Shown one piece after another: positions 61,005 through 64,000 of a stretch of DNA of 64,000 bases. The position numbers and the translations under genes were made by a program. Below the pieces are notes generated by a model. The model had not been told where the DNA came from and made no database searches. It saw only the letters and a list, made by a program, of their open reading frames with translations. Origin of the DNA: Penicillus capitatus (taxonomy: Eukaryota > Plantae > Chlorophyta); assembly GCA_965649825.1 (NCBI GenBank), contig OZ287701.1, positions 981,101 to 1,045,100 on the forward strand. The letters run 5' to 3'. The first letter of the stretch is position 1, and every line of letters begins with the position of its first letter.

Positions 61005-64000
61005 TTAGAAGGTCGTTCCGTCATCCCGGTCGTCCGTTGCATAATCCGATCCTTCATCGTCTTCATCATCGGCCGCGTATCTTGAAGCTCCTTTTTCGTT
61101 TCCTCCATCCGACGTCGCTGTCGTTTCATCATCCTCTTCATCCTCATCGACGACCCTAAGATCGATGTACCCAAAAGAGTGAGATATAGAGTGAGATCGC
61201 GTACTCGAAGATGTCGTAGATCGAAGGACTCGTGGTGGTGGTCGTGGATTTTTCAGCAAGGCTCCTGTGAATGACGGTCGTGTCTTTTCTGGACGCGGCA
61301 AAGAATGCCGCATAGACACAGCGAAAGACAAAGAAACCGACGATAACCGATGCAGAAAAGACGAACAGACGACTTTTGTCTTGGAAGAGGCCTCGAATAC
61401 CAGACGCTCGCTCCGAAGATAACACCCTCTCTTCCACACCTGTCACATCTGGAATCCAAATGGAATTGATCCATATCGAAAGGAATTGCTCAGAAGTGTG
61501 ACCTACCGTGCGATGCCGAATCAGATTCTGTCGTGGGCGTTTGAGAAACGTGGGCGGCGGAAAGGTCCTGACGCAGGCGTAGCGTACGATGCTGTCTTTG
61601 GTTGGGCAGGGGGTTACTTTGACAACCGGGATTCGATCTTGGTATTCAGCATCGGTTGGCTGTGTGTGAGGAAGCGTGCTGTCTTCGCCATAGAAAGAGT
61701 GAGATTCTTGACCGTTGCTTAAAACGACGGTCTCTTTCTCCACACCATCGTCCTTAACCGGCGCAGAAAATGATGCAGACGGTGGATCGTCTGTCCGGGT
61801 CTCGTTCGTTGCGATCGTTGCAAAGGCGCCAGCTCCGGCGAGAAACGTCTCTTCGTTTTTGCGGCTGTTCTCTTTCTCATTCAGTAGAACCTCGGCTTTG
61901 GACATGTCCTCTGTGATCGCTTTGTTGTCGACAGGTTCTATATCGGCGCCGTTCGATGATTGTTCGTCTTCGATCTCATCGCTGATCTCCTGGCTGATCT
62001 CCTGGCTGATCTCATCGCTGATCTCATCGCTGATCTCATCGCTGATCTCCTGGATGATCTCCTGGCTGATCTCATCGCTGATCTCCTGGCTGATCTCATC
62101 GTCGTCGAGTTCGTCGTCCGTCGATTCTGGCTTGGCTTGAGGGACTTCGTCTGTTTGGTCTTCTTCCTTTTCCAATTTCATTTTGGCTTCGTCTTGACTG
62201 CTGTCGTCTTCTGTCACCGTTTCGCCTCCGTTTGAACCCCATATCGAGGAATGCGATTCTAAGGATCCCATCACTGGCTGCAGTCCTGCTGCTTCTTCCT
62301 CGTCTGTCTCACTTCTTGGCTCGATGTGAGGCATGGCTGCCTCCTCTGTCTCGATCGCCGCGGCATCTTCCATGAGAACACTATCTGGTTGTTGAGGTGC
62401 CAATTCAGCAAGCTCGTCGACAATGCCATCATCCACCGAATCATCCATTCTATTCATTTCTGCCTTGTCCTCTTCCATAAAAGAGAACGAAATCTCCTCG
62501 AGTGCATCGCCAATATCCATATCTGTGTCGATCACTGCATCTGTCAGCTTTGATGTGACAGGTTCATATTCTGGGATTTTCTCATCAGATGCATCATCAA
62601 CCTCTGTGTCGATCACCGCATCTGATAACTTTGATGTGACAGGTTCAGACTCTGAGACTTCATCCTCCTCGGGTACATCACCAACTTCCACCTCTGTGTT
62701 GGAAAGTGTATCTGCCAGTTCTGACGCGACTGGCTCAGACTCTGGGACTTCGTCCTCCTCGGGTACATCACCAACTTCCACCTCTGTGTCGGTCACCATA
62801 TCATCCAGCTTTGTTGCCGTGAAAGTCTCGTTCTCCTCAATTTTCTCCTCGGGTGCATCACTAACATTCTCCTCTGTATCGGTCATCGTGTCTGCCAGCG
62901 TTGACATGACAGGCTCATATTCTTTCTGTATATGGGACGAGGTCGATTCGGATATGGCCTCCTCTTCTTCTTTGTTTACTTCTGGTTCTGCCTCTTTGTC
63001 TGCGTCAATTCCTGTCTCCGTTTCCATAACTTCTTCCAACACAGGCGCTGCACTCTCGGCAATCGTCATAACCACCTCAGCTGCTGCAGTTTCTTCCACG
63101 TCATCTGTGTTGACAGCGACAGCTGGTTGCTCTTCTTCCGCTTCGGACGACAACTCCTCATCATCTCCAGCATCTTCCGGCAATTCCGATTCTTGCTCCG
63201 GCATAATAGACATCTCCACTTCCTCCTCTTCCCTGTCCGCTTCCAAAATCCCAAGAGGAGACTTCGTCGCAGTCGCCTCTTCGTCATCCGATGCACCAAC
63301 GGACACATCATCCAGAGAGAACGATGACAGGACTGCTGGGTCCTTCTCTGGCAGGCCATCATCCGCAGAGATCTCGATCGGATCTGTCGACGCAACTGAC
63401 GGTTCTTCCAGCACTTCCATCTTCGTTTCTTCTGACGGCTGTGGTAATTTCTCTGCTTTTAGCATTTCTTCGGTAAACTCTTTTGGCGTCTCATACATGC
63501 TCACACTTTCTATGTCCTGTTGATCTTTAGCAACATCCACTTCATTCATCGTTTCGTCAAAATCATTTGCACTGTCTTCGCCGATCTCTTCCTCTGTGGC
63601 CACGATTTCTGACGCGACGGCGGGAGCAATCCCCTCTTCGATCAGCCCTTCCTCTTCCTCTTCTTCTTCAAGCTCCGTTTCCGTCACATCCTGCTTCGGC
63701 TCTTCCTTTTCGATCTTCTCTTGCTCTTTGGGTTTTTGAGAACCACCTTGAACAATCTATCCGCCATCCGTACTCGATCAAGATCCCTGCTGGATGATAG
63801 ACGTCTTACCGTTTGAAGAAGTTGAGCTCCGGCAATGAAAGCGGTGATGCCCACCAGGCCAACACTGTACTGTTGTTTCAACAGTGACGAAAAGTACTTT
63901 CGATTCGCCGCGCTGCGTCTCTTGAGCTCTCGACGGTCAGGTATCGCATCGTCACTGCTCGACTGCGTTTTCAGAATACGTCGACTGCGCGTTCGCGTCG
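61005..64000 (-). CDS. Highly acidic, repeat-rich membrane protein (5' end beyond the window)
   Basis: Frame open to the window end; hydrophobic segment SVGLVGITAFIAGAQLLQT|IV (intron near 63760-63810); ~750-aa D/E-rich region; second TM LFVFSASVIVGFFVFRCVYAAFF; acidic tail ending GTTF*. Confidence 0.7.
61972..62100. repeat. Coding 12-bp tandem repeat (GCTGATCTCATC/GCTGATCTCCTG), ~10.75 units, encoding EISD/EISQ
   Basis: Ten full units at 61981-62100 plus a partial unit, read directly from the sequence. Confidence 0.95.
62520..62915. repeat. Coding ~80-bp imperfect tandem repeat (~5 units; DTEVEVGDVPEEDEVxESEPVxSxL)
   Basis: Repeated CCTCCTCGGGTACATCACCAACTTCCACCTCTGTGT and CTTTGATGTGACAGGTTCA blocks. 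Confidence 0.85.

Noticed and set aside
62423-63523. 366-aa Ser-rich plus-strand ORF (and similar long antisense ORFs over NUP188, OPR, AKR, the lectin genes and LINE ORF1)
   Set aside because: Shadow ORFs on the opposite strand of real coding sequence; the low-complexity acidic codons lack antisense stops.

Overview
Eukaryotic nuclear DNA from a compact, intron-rich green alga (chlorophyte). Support: ORANGE, MOT1 and TOM1-like genes, flagellar/basal-body genes (ZMYND10, CCDC61/VFL3), TGTAA poly(A) signals, mostly 40-65 nt introns and the standard genetic code. The window has three zones. (1) ~1-15 kb is dense with genes: ZMYND10, a repeat-rich coiled-coil protein, a BAHD acyltransferase, TOM1-like, a SnRK2-like pseudokinase, MOT1 and ORANGE. 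(2) ~15-41.5 kb is an accessory or decaying zone with two paralogous dCache/VWA/C-type-lectin genes near its ends. It holds a broken NB-ARC gene, an apparent SAC1-XPF chimera, a half Patched/NPC1-like gene, intact EamA and aldo-keto reductase genes, and a rearranged LINE with an 18-bp target-site duplication. (3) ~42-64 kb is an extremely compact core block: CCDC61, a plastid protein, RPP21, cytochrome b5, uL24m, NUP188-like, an OPR-like protein, DCN1, a divergent actin, RNase HII, NDUFB7, a G-patch protein and an acidic repeat membrane protein. The most striking unexplained signal is the octamer GATGTGAC/GTCACATC (usually TGATGTGAC): 53 copies by manual count versus about 2 expected, on both strands, in introns, exons and spacers, and depleted in the accessory zone. 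Other highlights are a candidate polycistronic run with a TGATG stop/start overlap, the SAC1-XPF chimera, amino-acid-sensor-motif dCache/VWA/lectin paralogs, and the permuted LINE. All gene models and family calls were made by eye with no database searches; exon boundaries are approximate.
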